Source: a virus
Length of the DNA: 64,000 bases
Reading direction: 5' to 3' (one strand)
Virus record (IMG/VR): IMGVR_UViG_3300037264_003213
Location: 17,848-81,847 of that record
Shown: piece by piece, positions 49,861 through 59,906 of the stretch
Numbering within the stretch: position 1 is the first letter of the stretch
Layout: every line of letters begins with the position of its first letter
Position numbers and translations under genes: made by a program
The notes under the pieces: generated by a model
Seen by the model: the letters and a program-made list of their open reading frames with translations, nothing else
Database searches by the model: none
Told to the model about the DNA's origin: nothing

Positions 49861-50346
49861 ATGCTGTATTTATTATCGTTATTGGTATGTTTTGCTATGG
49901 AAGACAAAATGTATAATCTTTTAGAAAAGTCCCAATCCGCTGCTTTTGGCACGATGTATGGGGATGTGCCTTTTACTTCTCTGGTTCCATACGTTTTAGA
50001 CGGCAAGGGAAGACCAATTCTCTACATTAGTGAATTAGCCATTCATACTAAGAATATACATAAGAATCCCATTTGTAGTCTTATGGTTGGTAAAGAAGAC
50101 AAAGATGACGTGTTTAATAGTCAACGAATCACATTTATAGGCAAAATAGAAAAAATTCCAGAGAAAGATATAGCAGAAGCCAAGAAAGCGTATTTGAAGA
50201 AATATCCTACCGCAGAGATACTTATGGAAATGGAACTTGAAGACTTTTCCTTGTATAGAATAAAAATCACTAAAATATACTATGTTGGAGGATTTGGTGA
50301 TATTAGTTGGATTGCTTTAGACGATTATTTAAAACATTGGAAGTAA
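49861..50346 (+). CDS. pyridoxamine-5'-phosphate-oxidase/HugZ-like split-barrel protein
   Basis: PFTSLV, ISELAIHTKN, RIT..G, YVGGFG. Confidence 0.85.
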   Translation: MLYLLSLLVCFAMEDKMYNLLEKSQSAAFGTMYGDVPFTSLVPYVLDGKGRPILYISELAIHTKNIHKNPICSLMVGKEDKDDVFNSQRITFIGKIEKIPEKDIAEAKKAYLKKYPTAEILMEMELEDFSLYRIKITKIYYVGGFGDISWIALDDYLKHWK

Positions 50347-50347
50347 T

Positions 50348-51205
50348 ATGTTATTAGAAATAGCTGTTGGAGACGCATACGGAGCTTGTTTTGAGTGGAT
50401 TGAAAAATGGATGATCCTGCCTGAGAATAAACTGGAATATAAGGCTGTGGCTCCATCGGTAATCAAGCCAGGATGTTATACAGACGATACCCAAATGTCT
50501 TTAGCAATTGCTGAGTTGATGCTAGAAGGTGCTGATTGGACGCCTTATAATTTAGCCAAAAAATTTGTTGAGTGTTTTCACCGTGACCCAAGGCGTGGAT
50601 ATGCACCAGGCTTTCAGATGTTCTTAGAAAATGAGGCAAAAACCCCCGAAGATTTTCTTGCCAAGATTAAACCGACTAGCGACCGTTCTGGCGCAGCCAT
50701 GCGTGCTGCCCCATTAGGTTTAATTTTTGATATAGAAGAACTAAAAGATAAATGTCGCATTCAGGCAGCAATGACGCATGATACATATGAAGGACATGGC
50801 TCCGCTTTGTGTGCGGCGGGCATGACTCATTACTTTCGTTATAACATTGGACCGAAAGCGGAGTTGTTCGATTGGTTACACAATCTCTATCCGATGGGAT
50901 GGATTCCCATGAGCATAGAGCAGTTAGGAAAGTATGACCATATTCCAGTAAAAGGTTGGCCTTGCGTAATTGCGGCAATTGATGCTATCATGCGAAGCAA
51001 TAGTCTATCGGAAGTTCTGGTCAATTGTGTCAATTTCGCTGGCGATGTTGATACAATTTCTGCGATAGCAATGGGTCCAGCCAGTTTTTGTAAGGAAATC
51101 AAGAACGACATTCCGCAATGTCTAATTGATGGTCTAGAAAATGGGACTTATGGCAGAGATTATATTGTTGAATTAGATAAAAAACTCTTAAGCAAGGAAT
51201 TCTAA
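50348..51205 (+). CDS. ADP-ribosylglycohydrolase (DraG/ARH family)
   Basis: VGDAYG, YTDDTQ, GAAMR, MTH, GDVDT. Confidence 0.9.
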   Translation: MLLEIAVGDAYGACFEWIEKWMILPENKLEYKAVAPSVIKPGCYTDDTQMSLAIAELMLEGADWTPYNLAKKFVECFHRDPRRGYAPGFQMFLENEAKTPEDFLAKIKPTSDRSGAAMRAAPLGLIFDIEELKDKCRIQAAMTHDTYEGHGSALCAAGMTHYFRYNIGPKAELFDWLHNLYPMGWIPMSIEQLGKYDHIPVKGWPCVIAAIDAIMRSNSLSEVLVNCVNFAGDVDTISAIAMGPASFCKEIKNDIPQCLIDGLENGTYGRDYIVELDKKLLSKEF

Positions 51206-51207
51206 AA

Positions 51208-51486
51208 ATGATTAATTTGATTAAATTGGTTACTGGTGAGGAAGTGTTATCCAAGTATGAAGAAAACGATACTACGATGACTTTGAGCAATCCAATGAGA
51301 TTGCAACTGTCCCCGAAAGGGCTGGCGATGATTCCGCTGTCGCCGTTCATGAAAGAAAATGCCAAGATAATTATAGAGAAGAAAAATGTTCTTTATATTG
51401 TTGAAGCTGACGAAGATGTTATCAACGGTTACAACAGTCAATTTGGTGGCATTGTAATTGCTCCTCCTGGCTTGGTACTTGACTAA
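51208..51486 (+). CDS. Sm-like small protein typical of T4-like phages
   Basis: LIKLVTGEEVL...Y..QFG.IVIAP. Confidence 0.6.
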   Translation: MINLIKLVTGEEVLSKYEENDTTMTLSNPMRLQLSPKGLAMIPLSPFMKENAKIIIEKKNVLYIVEADEDVINGYNSQFGGIVIAPPGLVLD

Positions 51487-51974
51487 TGGAAATCTTTGAA
51501 GTTCATATAACTGGTGATGAAAAGATCATAGAAGCAGCAAAGCCATTAAATATTAGAACAATAGTTATAGATTTGGTCAAACCTGACAAGTCATATTTTC
51601 GCACAGAGTATATGACTTCTCAGGCTTGTCGTTTTAACAATTATGATGAATGCAAGCTCTATGTCGATGATATTGTCGCCAAATTAACGGCTGCGGGTGT
51701 CAATATTGTGCGAGTTAAGATTGAATGTCCTTATTACCCACAATATAAAGATAGAAGTTTGTATTTTGAAGTTCATTACGGTGCTTACAACAATACTTAC
51801 CCATTGAGCAAAAACAAGGGAAAAAACCATTTTCTTTGTACCGTGAGAGAGTATAATAGAAGCAAGTATGACGATCTTGCCAGGAAGCATCTTCATTTTT
51901 TACCCACAATGGAATTGTGTCTCTATGACACAAATGTAGAAGAAGACAAGGATTGGTTTGATCTTTATGAGTGA
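51486..51974 (+). CDS. hypothetical protein with duplicated FEVH motif
   Basis: FEVHIT...RVKIE...FEVH...YDTN..D..W. Confidence 0.65.
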   Translation: MEIFEVHITGDEKIIEAAKPLNIRTIVIDLVKPDKSYFRTEYMTSQACRFNNYDECKLYVDDIVAKLTAAGVNIVRVKIECPYYPQYKDRSLYFEVHYGAYNNTYPLSKNKGKNHFLCTVREYNRSKYDDLARKHLHFLPTMELCLYDTNVEEDKDWFDLYE

Positions 51975-52326
51975 TAAACCTCTCACTTGGGATGATTTGT
52001 TTCCTGAACCACTTTGGGAAACTCCTTGTTTTATGGGCAGTAAGAGAAAGGTTTGTCTGGTCTGTGGATCAGCAAAAGCGATTTCTGTTCTTAGAACAAC
52101 TAGCACAGAGATATTCCCAATTTGTTCTGGTTGTTCTTTTAATTGGAATTTCTATGGATATGAAATTCTTAAAAAAATCAAACCAAAAACACTTATATGG
52201 AGTATAATTAAGTTTAAATTAATACATCCTTTTTATGATAGTCCCATATCAATATATAAGAATCTCAAGACCATAAATATTTGGTCTAGTAGGATGAAAA
52301 GGTATTTAAAGTCTAGAAAGGAATAA
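51967..52326 (+). CDS. zinc-finger hypothetical protein
   Basis: CLVC...CSGC. Confidence 0.55.
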   Translation: MSDKPLTWDDLFPEPLWETPCFMGSKRKVCLVCGSAKAISVLRTTSTEIFPICSGCSFNWNFYGYEILKKIKPKTLIWSIIKFKLIHPFYDSPISIYKNLKTINIWSSRMKRYLKSRKE

Positions 52327-52328
52327 TC

Positions 52329-52706
52329 ATGAATAAAGACCTTGAGAAGAAATTAATTGATGAATTTCCAACATTCTTTAGAGATATGTATGGCGACATG
52401 ACTAAAACATGTATGCATTGGGGTTGTGCGCATGGTGACGGTTGGTTTAAAATACTCCACAACGCTTGTAAGAAAATTGCCAAGATTGATAAAGGCGCTT
52501 TTTATTTTGAGCAAATTAAAGAGAAGTTTGGTGGTCTAAGGCTTTACTGTGCAGGCGGAAATGAAAAAATATATAAGATAACTGATGAAGCGGAAAAAGA
52601 ATCTTATAAGACTTGTGAGCATTGCGGCACTAAGAAGGACGTAACGACAGAAGGCAAAGGTTGGATTTTAACTTTATGCAAAACATGCAGAGAAAAGCCT
52701 CTTTGA
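52329..52706 (+). CDS. conserved phage hypothetical protein
   Basis: GW...QIKEKFGGLRLY...CEHCG...W..TLC. Confidence 0.75.
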   Translation: MNKDLEKKLIDEFPTFFRDMYGDMTKTCMHWGCAHGDGWFKILHNACKKIAKIDKGAFYFEQIKEKFGGLRLYCAGGNEKIYKITDEAEKESYKTCEHCGTKKDVTTEGKGWILTLCKTCREKPL

Positions 52707-52749
52707 CAATGGACAAATTTGTAGTATTGTATAGCGGGAGGTACTGCAA

Positions 52750-53115
52750 ATGGACCAAGATGAAGTTCTGAAAAAGCTGATTCTGCACGGTGTCGCCAAG
52801 TTGGACTTGGATCAGGCAGTAGAAAGACCTTTTTCTATCCGAGAAGAGAAGGAGATTCTTGATAGATTCTCCGATGTTGATTGTAATGACACGATTCACC
52901 TTTCAATTTATAAAGAGCGAAAAGAGTCAGATCGGCTTTTTTCAAAGGGAGCGTTTAATCGCTTCCTGCACACTGTTCGCCTATTCATAGGTGGGCGTAT
53001 CCTTGGTTACTTCCGCAAATATAATGACTGCCCGCAAGTTGCGGTTGTTACTATTACTGTTGAGTACATGACGAAAGAAGAATTTGACAAACATACATGG
53101 TCACGAACCTTGTAG
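52750..53115 (+). CDS. hypothetical protein
   Basis: GGGAGG SD; TTGACA upstream. Confidence 0.7.
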   Translation: MDQDEVLKKLILHGVAKLDLDQAVERPFSIREEKEILDRFSDVDCNDTIHLSIYKERKESDRLFSKGAFNRFLHTVRLFIGGRILGYFRKYNDCPQVAVVTITVEYMTKEEFDKHTWSRTL

Positions 53116-53430
53116 TTTGTCTATAATGCCGTCAATTTCGGCTTGGATTTGATTGATTTTCTCCCTTTTTTGTGGGTCAAGATGGCTCAAATGGTTACAG
53201 GTATTTGCTAGACGGGTTAAGTTAAAAATGATATCTTGATCGACTTGGACACCATGCGCAATCCTTAAAAATCCTCTAACTCCACGCAACATGTCATCGG
53301 CGTCGGTGGCTGCTCTAAAATCAGATGATGTATATTGGCCCATACGATCTCTGGCTTTTTTGAGAGTTTCAATTGCATCATTATTAACGTATTGATTTGT
53401 GGCTTCTAGCCAAATAGAGAACTTTTTCAC
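53101..53430 (-). CDS. hypothetical late protein with capsid-targeting-like N-terminus
   Basis: MKKFSIWLEA; TAAATA 5 nt before GTG. Confidence 0.7.
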   Translation of the reverse strand: MKKFSIWLEATNQYVNNDAIETLKKARDRMGQYTSSDFRAATDADDMLRGVRGFLRIAHGVQVDQDIIFNLTRLANTCNHLSHLDPQKREKINQIQAEIDGIIDKLQGS

Positions 53431-53458
53431 ATGTTTATTTATGAAAGAAAGGGCTTAA

Positions 53459-53761
53459 ATGAGAACTAATTTATTGGAAGAATTGAAGCTAGGCAAGAAG
53501 ATCAAAGTAAAACATCCAGAGTATGACTTTACAATTCATGCACAAGTCAAGCTGGAGGATGGCAAAACGGAGCCGACTATTAAACTTGAAAGGATCAACT
53601 TGCCACAGAAGGCAAAAAAGGGAGAAAAGTACCTTTTGAAGCTAGTTCATATTTACTGTTTCGACGTGATGTGCAATAATCTGCTTGATGACGTATTGAA
53701 GAGTCGGGAATATCAAAAAGTCATGGGTGGATTGTATGATAAGCAAACAGTTAATCGCTAG
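53459..53761 (+). CDS. hypothetical protein
   Basis: 100-aa ORF. Confidence 0.6.
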   Translation: MRTNLLEELKLGKKIKVKHPEYDFTIHAQVKLEDGKTEPTIKLERINLPQKAKKGEKYLLKLVHIYCFDVMCNNLLDDVLKSREYQKVMGGLYDKQTVNR

Positions 53762-54026
53762 CATAATGAGCGACAAGCCAGATGCCGATGCAAACTATAT
53801 TTATAAAAAGCTAAAAGAAAACGAAGATATTACAAGTAGTATTAAATCGGCAAATAAAGAAATAGAGGCAGAGTGTAAAAAACACGAAACTACAATAAAG
53901 GAAATAAAGCTAAAGATAACCACACTGCAAAAAAAGTGCGCTCATTGGTCTAAAACATACCATCCAGACCCATCTGGAAACAATGATTCATATTATGAAT
54001 GTGAAAGCTGTGGGAAGTATTTATAA
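53736..54026 (+). CDS. hypothetical zinc-ribbon protein
   Basis: CAH...CESCG. Confidence 0.6.
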   Translation: MISKQLIASIMSDKPDADANYIYKKLKENEDITSSIKSANKEIEAECKKHETTIKEIKLKITTLQKKCAHWSKTYHPDPSGNNDSYYECESCGKYL

Positions 54027-54061
54027 AAATAAGCCCTGGCAAAAGACGCCAGGGCTTATTT
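54027..54061. terminator. bidirectional terminator
   Basis: aaataagccctggc-aaaagac-gccagggcttattt between convergent genes. Confidence 0.85.
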
Positions 54062-54062
54062 G

Positions 54063-54278
54063 TTAAAGCATTCCTTTAACTTTATTGACCACATGTATGA
54101 ATTGGTTTCTTATCTTGTGTTTTTTCCATTGCCAACGCTGTATTTCTTGGTCGCATTCGGCTATATCTTGGTTCAGGTTTTCAACCACTTGCATTAGCTG
54201 GGTGATTTGGGGTTTGGGCTTCTGTTCAATCCTTGTTTCAAAAAAGTCATCCTTGGTCAGTGTTCGCAGTGTCAGCAT
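54063..54278 (-). CDS. small coiled-coil protein
   Basis: AGGAG SD, 71 aa. Confidence 0.65.
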   Translation of the reverse strand: MLTLRTLTKDDFFETRIEQKPKPQITQLMQVVENLNQDIAECDQEIQRWQWKKHKIRNQFIHVVNKVKGML

Positions 54279-54466
54279 GGTTCGATCTCCTAATCCAGTT
54301 GCGAATCTCGAAACGATACGGTTATTCTTGTTTTAGACGCTCCAACGTCAATAGAAAAATTTGAATTTTTCTATTTTACTTTTGTCGCCTATATCTCTAT
54401 GCAATTCTCGTTCCACAAATCAAAAATTTGTGATGTTTGTCGTATCCTTTTACTCTATTTAATGTT

Positions 54467-54952
54467 ATGAGAAAAACCAAAGATTTAGATGAGTTCTTCT
54501 TGGAACGTAATGGTGAGCGGGTTAAGGTCGTTTCTTACGATCTTGAACTGCTTTCGCCCACGTCCCTTGCTTATTGGGCTGGGTTGCCCGCAAGTAAAAT
54601 CACACTTTCGGGAATGATCTTTCTTTGTGATCGTCTGTCTAGTTTTTTTTACGGGGAAGGCCAAGACCTGCGTGCGAAGCCAGTACCACCTGACCTTTCA
54701 GAAGTAATTATTGAAGTTTGGCATACCAATGACAGAAAACTTTATACATTTGAACATAGTTTCAGATTGTATAATGTCGTTCCAGGGAATGTTCATGTTC
54801 ATGTTCATGTGGGCTATATCGACCTTGGTTTTGACAAAATCGAAATTTGCGAAGCGGACAAGAGACGGGTTACGATTAATGAGGATTGTTGGTTAAACCC
54901 AGAATATTTAAAGGAGACTAATGAATCTAAAGTTATACTCAATGAAAAATGA
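54467..54952 (+). CDS. hypothetical protein
   Basis: ORF with likely start MRKTK at 54467. Confidence 0.55.
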   Translation: MRKTKDLDEFFLERNGERVKVVSYDLELLSPTSLAYWAGLPASKITLSGMIFLCDRLSSFFYGEGQDLRAKPVPPDLSEVIIEVWHTNDRKLYTFEHSFRLYNVVPGNVHVHVHVGYIDLGFDKIEICEADKRRVTINEDCWLNPEYLKETNESKVILNEK

Positions 54953-55319
54953 TCTATTAGAATTGTCGATAGAACCAGCAAGACCACAAATCAAGATAGC
55001 AGAAATATTTTTTGAAGACGTTTGGCATCCCTGGCACTGCGATTGGCAAAAATTGATAATCAAGGATTTCCATGAAGATTTTGAGACGGTTAAAAATAAG
55101 ATTATTCAATACTACAAAGATGAAAAGAACAGTTGCACATTAGAAAACGGTGGAATTATACGAAAACCAGGACGGGCAGAATTAAGCACTACGGAAGAGG
55201 AATGGCAACTCGATAATTGTAAAATCGTGGATTGTCAAATTGATGAAGAAAACAAAAAGATTGAATTAGGATTGTGGTATGATGGAGTTTCTTATAAAGT
55301 GTTGAAGAGTGAATATTGA
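54942..55319 (+). CDS. hypothetical protein
   Basis: ORF overlapping the upstream gene end. Confidence 0.55.
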   Translation: MKNDLLELSIEPARPQIKIAEIFFEDVWHPWHCDWQKLIIKDFHEDFETVKNKIIQYYKDEKNSCTLENGGIIRKPGRAELSTTEEEWQLDNCKIVDCQIDEENKKIELGLWYDGVSYKVLKSEY

Positions 55320-55385
55320 TCCAAAAAACTTGTTGATTTTTCGTGTTCAAAACGGTAGCATGTCATCAACTCAAAGGAGATTCCC

Positions 55386-56237
55386 ATGTCTGATGAAGTC
55401 AACATTACCGCCAGCATTCCCAAGGCGACCGAAATCGCTTTTTGTTTTGACACCACAGGAAGTATGCAACCATGCATAGCCAATGTCCGCAAGCATATAG
55501 AGAAAACCTGTGAAGAACTATTTAAGGATATTCCTGGTCTAAAGATCGGGTTTATCTCTCATGGTGATTATTGCGACAATGATAATTGCTATCACGTCCA
55601 GATGTTCACCAATGATGAGAAAAAGGTTTATCAATTCATTCGTAACACGCCAAATACTGGTGGCGGCGATGCGCCTGAGTGTTATGAACTAGCTCTTAAT
55701 CTAGCCAAGACACTAGGCTGGACAGTTGATAAGAAGAACCGTGGCGTTCTTGTTATGATTGGCGATGCCGAACCACACGATAAGGATTATCCACAGAATA
55801 AAGATAAACTTGAGTGGAAGAAAGAGCTTGAAGACTTGAAGGAAATGGGTGTCAATGTCTATCCACTTCAATGTCTTTATAATGGACGAAATGATGGTCC
55901 CAACAAGTTCTGGCAGTCGATTAGTCAGATCATGGACACTCCGCTTTTGAAGTTGCAAGACTTTGAAGAAGCTAATTTGGCAGTCCGCTCTTATGCTCAC
56001 GCATCTGGCGGTTCTGCTAGATATGCAGCCTATGAAAAGAAACTGGTAGACGAAGGCACTTCAATGTCTCCGTCTATTATGTCTTTGAATGCTGCTCTGC
56101 GTGATGAATCGAGCAAGTATGACGTAATCGAAGAGATTACTGGCGAGATTACTGGCGAGATTCCTGTTGCCACCTCTGCTCCTAAAGTCACACCAACCAA
56201 GAAGCCAAGGGGCAGGCCGAAGAAGGAAAAGCTATAA
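55386..56237 (+). CDS. VWA domain protein
   Basis: MIDAS DTTGS, GGGDAPE, IGDAEPH; C-terminal AT-hook-like PRGRPK. Confidence 0.85.
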   Translation: MSDEVNITASIPKATEIAFCFDTTGSMQPCIANVRKHIEKTCEELFKDIPGLKIGFISHGDYCDNDNCYHVQMFTNDEKKVYQFIRNTPNTGGGDAPECYELALNLAKTLGWTVDKKNRGVLVMIGDAEPHDKDYPQNKDKLEWKKELEDLKEMGVNVYPLQCLYNGRNDGPNKFWQSISQIMDTPLLKLQDFEEANLAVRSYAHASGGSARYAAYEKKLVDEGTSMSPSIMSLNAALRDESSKYDVIEEITGEITGEIPVATSAPKVTPTKKPRGRPKKEKL

Positions 56238-56272
56238 TTTGGTTAGACTTTATAAGTTAATAGGTATTTCTA

Positions 56273-57169
56273 ATGTTCAAAATTCTTTCCATAGACGGCG
56301 GTGGAATGCATGGTTATGCGGATTTAATAATCTTGCAAAAAATAGTTGATAGGTGCCCAAAGTTCCTTGAGAATGTTGATTTAATTGCGGGAACTTCAAT
56401 TGGCGGTATTCTTGCTCTTGGGTTTGCATTAGGGCATAGCGTCAATGAAGTAAGCCAGAATTTCATAAGGGGTATCCCATTAGCCTTTAATACAAATACA
56501 GCAAGGCTTATTGGATTCTATGCTGGTATTTGCCCAAAATACGACAATAGCAAATTCAAGGTTTTTTTGCGTAGTGTTTACGGTTCCGCCAAAATTGGAG
56601 ACTTAAAGAAAAAGGTGGTAATTCCCACTTTTTGTTTGGATGATGAAGCTTCTAGCCATCGCCGTTGGCGAGCTAAAATATTTCACAATTTTGAGGGTGC
56701 CGATAGTGACGGAAATACTAAACTGGTAGATATGGCGATGGCCACATCTGCGGTCCCTGTTTTCTTCCCAACATACGATAAGTATGTTGATGGGGCATTG
56801 ATAGCAAATAATCCAGCACTATGCGCGGTTGCACAGACACAAGACCCACGAAACACTGAAATCAGGCCCAATAGAAACGAAATAGCAGTTTTGTCGATTG
56901 GGACAATTAGAGATATTTATATTGAGCAAAAAAATGCGCAATGGGGTTATTTCATGTGGTCACGCTCTATTTTTCACATAATTACAGAGCGAGATACACT
57001 GGTAACAAACTATATGGCCAGCCTGCTTTTGGGCGACAATTATCATCGTATAGAACCAGTGATAAATGGCCCTATGGATAACTTTGAAGAAGTGTCAGCC
57101 ATTGCGCAAGTTGGCAAAGATTATCCAATAGAAGACACCATTAAATGGGTAGAAAAACATTGGAGATAA
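56273..57169 (+). CDS. patatin-like phospholipase
   Basis: ILSIDGGG, GTSIG, SAVP.FF, DGA..ANNP. Confidence 0.9.
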   Translation: MFKILSIDGGGMHGYADLIILQKIVDRCPKFLENVDLIAGTSIGGILALGFALGHSVNEVSQNFIRGIPLAFNTNTARLIGFYAGICPKYDNSKFKVFLRSVYGSAKIGDLKKKVVIPTFCLDDEASSHRRWRAKIFHNFEGADSDGNTKLVDMAMATSAVPVFFPTYDKYVDGALIANNPALCAVAQTQDPRNTEIRPNRNEIAVLSIGTIRDIYIEQKNAQWGYFMWSRSIFHIITERDTLVTNYMASLLLGDNYHRIEPVINGPMDNFEEVSAIAQVGKDYPIEDTIKWVEKHWR

Positions 57170-57170
57170 T

Positions 57171-57497
57171 ATGCAATTAGAATTGTTTGCGAAGCGTTAT
57201 CCAGAAATTGCTGATATCAAGCAGTATGCAAGAATCGGCTGTGGTAGTACCCAGCTAGACGGTTGGTACTATCCAGGCGAACTAAGAAAAATTGCCGATT
57301 TCTTAGAAAAAGTAGAAAAGGATTTCTACAATTGGTATGCTGAAGTCAGAAAACTTGACGATCAGCTTGAAGAAGAACCTGTCAATATATATTGGCATGA
57401 CTTCTGTGACGGTAAAACACCGCACCAATCTTATAAAGAAAGTGGAAAAACATATGGAAGAAAAAAGATTAAGCTAACAGAACCAGTGGTAGATTAA
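57171..57497 (+). CDS. hypothetical protein
   Basis: 108-aa ORF with GGAG SD. Confidence 0.65.
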   Translation: MQLELFAKRYPEIADIKQYARIGCGSTQLDGWYYPGELRKIADFLEKVEKDFYNWYAEVRKLDDQLEEEPVNIYWHDFCDGKTPHQSYKESGKTYGRKKIKLTEPVVD

Positions 57498-57522
57498 CCT
57501 ACAACGGAGGTTGTTTTAGATA

Positions 57523-58551
57523 ATGTTCAATTCACATCTTCCATTAGACACAGCAGAAAGCATCGAGTCCTACAAGTATCATGATCCAAGAATCCTTAAT
57601 GAAGAAAAAAATCTGCTTTTTAAGAGCATGTGGAACTATGTGGGCAGAAGAGACGAATTGCCAAAAGTAGGTTCATATTTCACAACCATTATAAATGATG
57701 AACCAGTCGTTGTTGTAAGAAATGAAAATGGCATTGCTGCCTATTCAAACGTTTGTCGGCACCGTGGGACTGTCCTAGCAGAAGGTTGTGGACATACGAA
57801 CAAATTCATATGTCCTTATCACGGTTGGACTTATAACTTGAATGGAGAATTACTTGGTTGCACAGAGCCTGATGGTTGGCAAAAACTGGATAAAAAAGCG
57901 AACCATTTACCTTCTTTTGAGGTCCGTAGTATTGGCCCGTGGCTTTTCGTAAACTCCAAACAAAACATTCCTTGGGAGCGATTTATCAAGGGATTGGTGC
58001 TACCGCCGTTGGATAGATTTGAATGGAAATGGAGAGAAGTTTTCCACGTCAAATGCAACTGGAAGGTATTCGTAGATAACTACGTCGATGGTGGGTATCA
58101 TATTCCTTATGCTCATAAGGGTTTGGCTGCTGTAGCCGACTATTCCAAGTATGAGACGAAGCTAGAAGAATTCATTATAAGTCAAACGGTGCCCCTAAAC
58201 CATGAAGGTTCAATGCACGGCGTTCGCAAGGGAATGGCGTACTATGTTTGGCTATTCCCTAACTTTATGATTAACGTATCAGAAGGCACAATGGATACAA
58301 ATTGGGTTGTGCCTATTGATGCGGAAAATTGCAAAGTTACATTTGACTTTTACTTCACGCCTGAATTTGATAAGACTCACCAACACGATAGCAAGATGGT
58401 GTCAGACCAAATTCAGGAAGAAGATATAAAAATATGTGAAAGAGTTCAATTAGGGTTACACAGCAGTCGATACAGTGTTGGACGCTATCATAACCCAAGG
58501 GAAGCTGGCATCTACCATTTCCATAAACTCTTACATAGGTTTATAGGATGA
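57523..58551 (+). CDS. Rieske non-heme iron oxygenase alpha subunit (choline monooxygenase-like)
   Basis: CRHRG...CPYHGW Rieske ligands; NWK..VDNY.DGGYHIPYAH and EED mononuclear-iron ligands. Confidence 0.9.
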   Translation: MFNSHLPLDTAESIESYKYHDPRILNEEKNLLFKSMWNYVGRRDELPKVGSYFTTIINDEPVVVVRNENGIAAYSNVCRHRGTVLAEGCGHTNKFICPYHGWTYNLNGELLGCTEPDGWQKLDKKANHLPSFEVRSIGPWLFVNSKQNIPWERFIKGLVLPPLDRFEWKWREVFHVKCNWKVFVDNYVDGGYHIPYAHKGLAAVADYSKYETKLEEFIISQTVPLNHEGSMHGVRKGMAYYVWLFPNFMINVSEGTMDTNWVVPIDAENCKVTFDFYFTPEFDKTHQHDSKMVSDQIQEEDIKICERVQLGLHSSRYSVGRYHNPREAGIYHFHKLLHRFIG

Positions 58552-58907
58552 GTAAAGAAGAAAAGGAAACCGCACATTTCCATTCTGGTTGGGACCATTT
58601 CACCCCTGAACCTGGCAAGCAAAAGGAAATGTTTTGCCGCGTCTGTAAAGAGAAGATGGACGTGCAAAGAAATCTAAATGGACCTACAGGTTTTGTGGAG
58701 GCTATGGGTAAAGGGAAACATGCACATGATAGTTTCTCTTGCCCATTTGCGCAAGAGGACTGGCATAATCAGGTGCGTGTTCTTTTGGAGAGAATACAGA
58801 AGGAAACCAGTCGCACCATAGCGAAGCTGCTTAAGAAGGAAGCTAAGCAGGTTTTGAAGACACGGAAAACCACCTTAAAGCGATATTGGAAAGGATCATT
58901 CCTATGA
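58548..58907 (+). CDS. hypothetical protein
   Basis: CRVC...HD.F.CP. Confidence 0.65.
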   Translation: MSKEEKETAHFHSGWDHFTPEPGKQKEMFCRVCKEKMDVQRNLNGPTGFVEAMGKGKHAHDSFSCPFAQEDWHNQVRVLLERIQKETSRTIAKLLKKEAKQVLKTRKTTLKRYWKGSFL

Positions 58908-59197
58908 TATCTTTCGACGTTGCTAAAGTAGACAAAGTTCAGGGATTTCAGAAATTCCTTTATGAAATAAGGAATAAAAGTGGCGGTCTGGTCATGTCGC
59001 TGATTATTCCGCCAGTTTATAAGGATTTAATGCTAAATCCTAAAATAGAAGACGTTATTGATGAAAGTCAAGACTTCTACCTCTATGGTTGGTATAATCA
59101 ACACAGTTTTCCAATCTATGTTGACAAAGAATTAACCGACTCTATTTACATTATTGGCAACATCAAGACAAACAAAGTCAAGGTGCATAATGGATAA
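58904..59197 (+). CDS. hypothetical protein
   Basis: Overlapping ORF. Confidence 0.55.
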   Translation: MISFDVAKVDKVQGFQKFLYEIRNKSGGLVMSLIIPPVYKDLMLNPKIEDVIDESQDFYLYGWYNQHSFPIYVDKELTDSIYIIGNIKTNKVKVHNG

Positions 59198-59534
59198 TGA
59201 CTTGCGAGAAATGTCCGATATGCAACTCATAGACGAAGTGATGAAGTTGCGGGCAGGCATTCGCAAGCATCGTGACCAGAAAGCTGACGAAAATTGCTGG
59301 TTAGATGACCAGTTTTATCTCTATGGATTACTTCCAGAGAAGATAAATGCCGACCCACAGTTGCCAGACAAAGACTTGATGATGATTAATTGCTCACGCT
59401 ATTACGATTGTCGTAAAGCTGGGAAACTTTACATTCCTTTAACGGAGTTGCCAAATGACGATCAAAGAAACAATCCGAAAACAGATAGTCGAGACTACAA
59501 AGTTACGGATGGAGAATCAGAAGAACGTCCTTAA
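59190..59534 (+). CDS. hypothetical protein
   Basis: IRKHRDQ...CWLDD..LY..LPE. Confidence 0.65.
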   Translation: MDNDLREMSDMQLIDEVMKLRAGIRKHRDQKADENCWLDDQFYLYGLLPEKINADPQLPDKDLMMINCSRYYDCRKAGKLYIPLTELPNDDQRNNPKTDSRDYKVTDGESEERP

Positions 59535-59886
59535 AGTTGTTCTTGGTGAAATCGAACTTCAAGAATCCAGAAACGGTAAACAACTTACCGACGACGATTG
59601 CTACCGTGTAATTCGGAAAACGCTCCAGGGCGTCGAAGAAATGCTTACATACAAGCCCAATGACCCTAAATTCGAAGCTGAGAAAGCTACACTAAAGGGG
59701 TTACTGCCCAAAGAATTTGCAGCAGAGGATTTGCAAGCCGTTCTATCTTCCAAGATAGACGAAATCAAAGCTGCTAAAAACGATGGTCAGGCTACTGGCA
59801 TTGCTATGAAATTTCTCAAAGAGAGAAATATTAGTGTTGATGGCAATGCTGTAAAAAAAGTTGTTATGGAAATCAGAGCGAACTGA
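59455..59886 (+). CDS. GatB/YqeY domain protein
   Basis: Helical protein with E...L..LLP and AMKFLK...VDG..VK..V C-terminal pattern. Confidence 0.7.
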   Translation: MTIKETIRKQIVETTKLRMENQKNVLKVVLGEIELQESRNGKQLTDDDCYRVIRKTLQGVEEMLTYKPNDPKFEAEKATLKGLLPKEFAAEDLQAVLSSKIDEIKAAKNDGQATGIAMKFLKERNISVDGNAVKKVVMEIRAN

Positions 59887-59906
59887 AATAAATAGTGAGG
59901 TGAATT

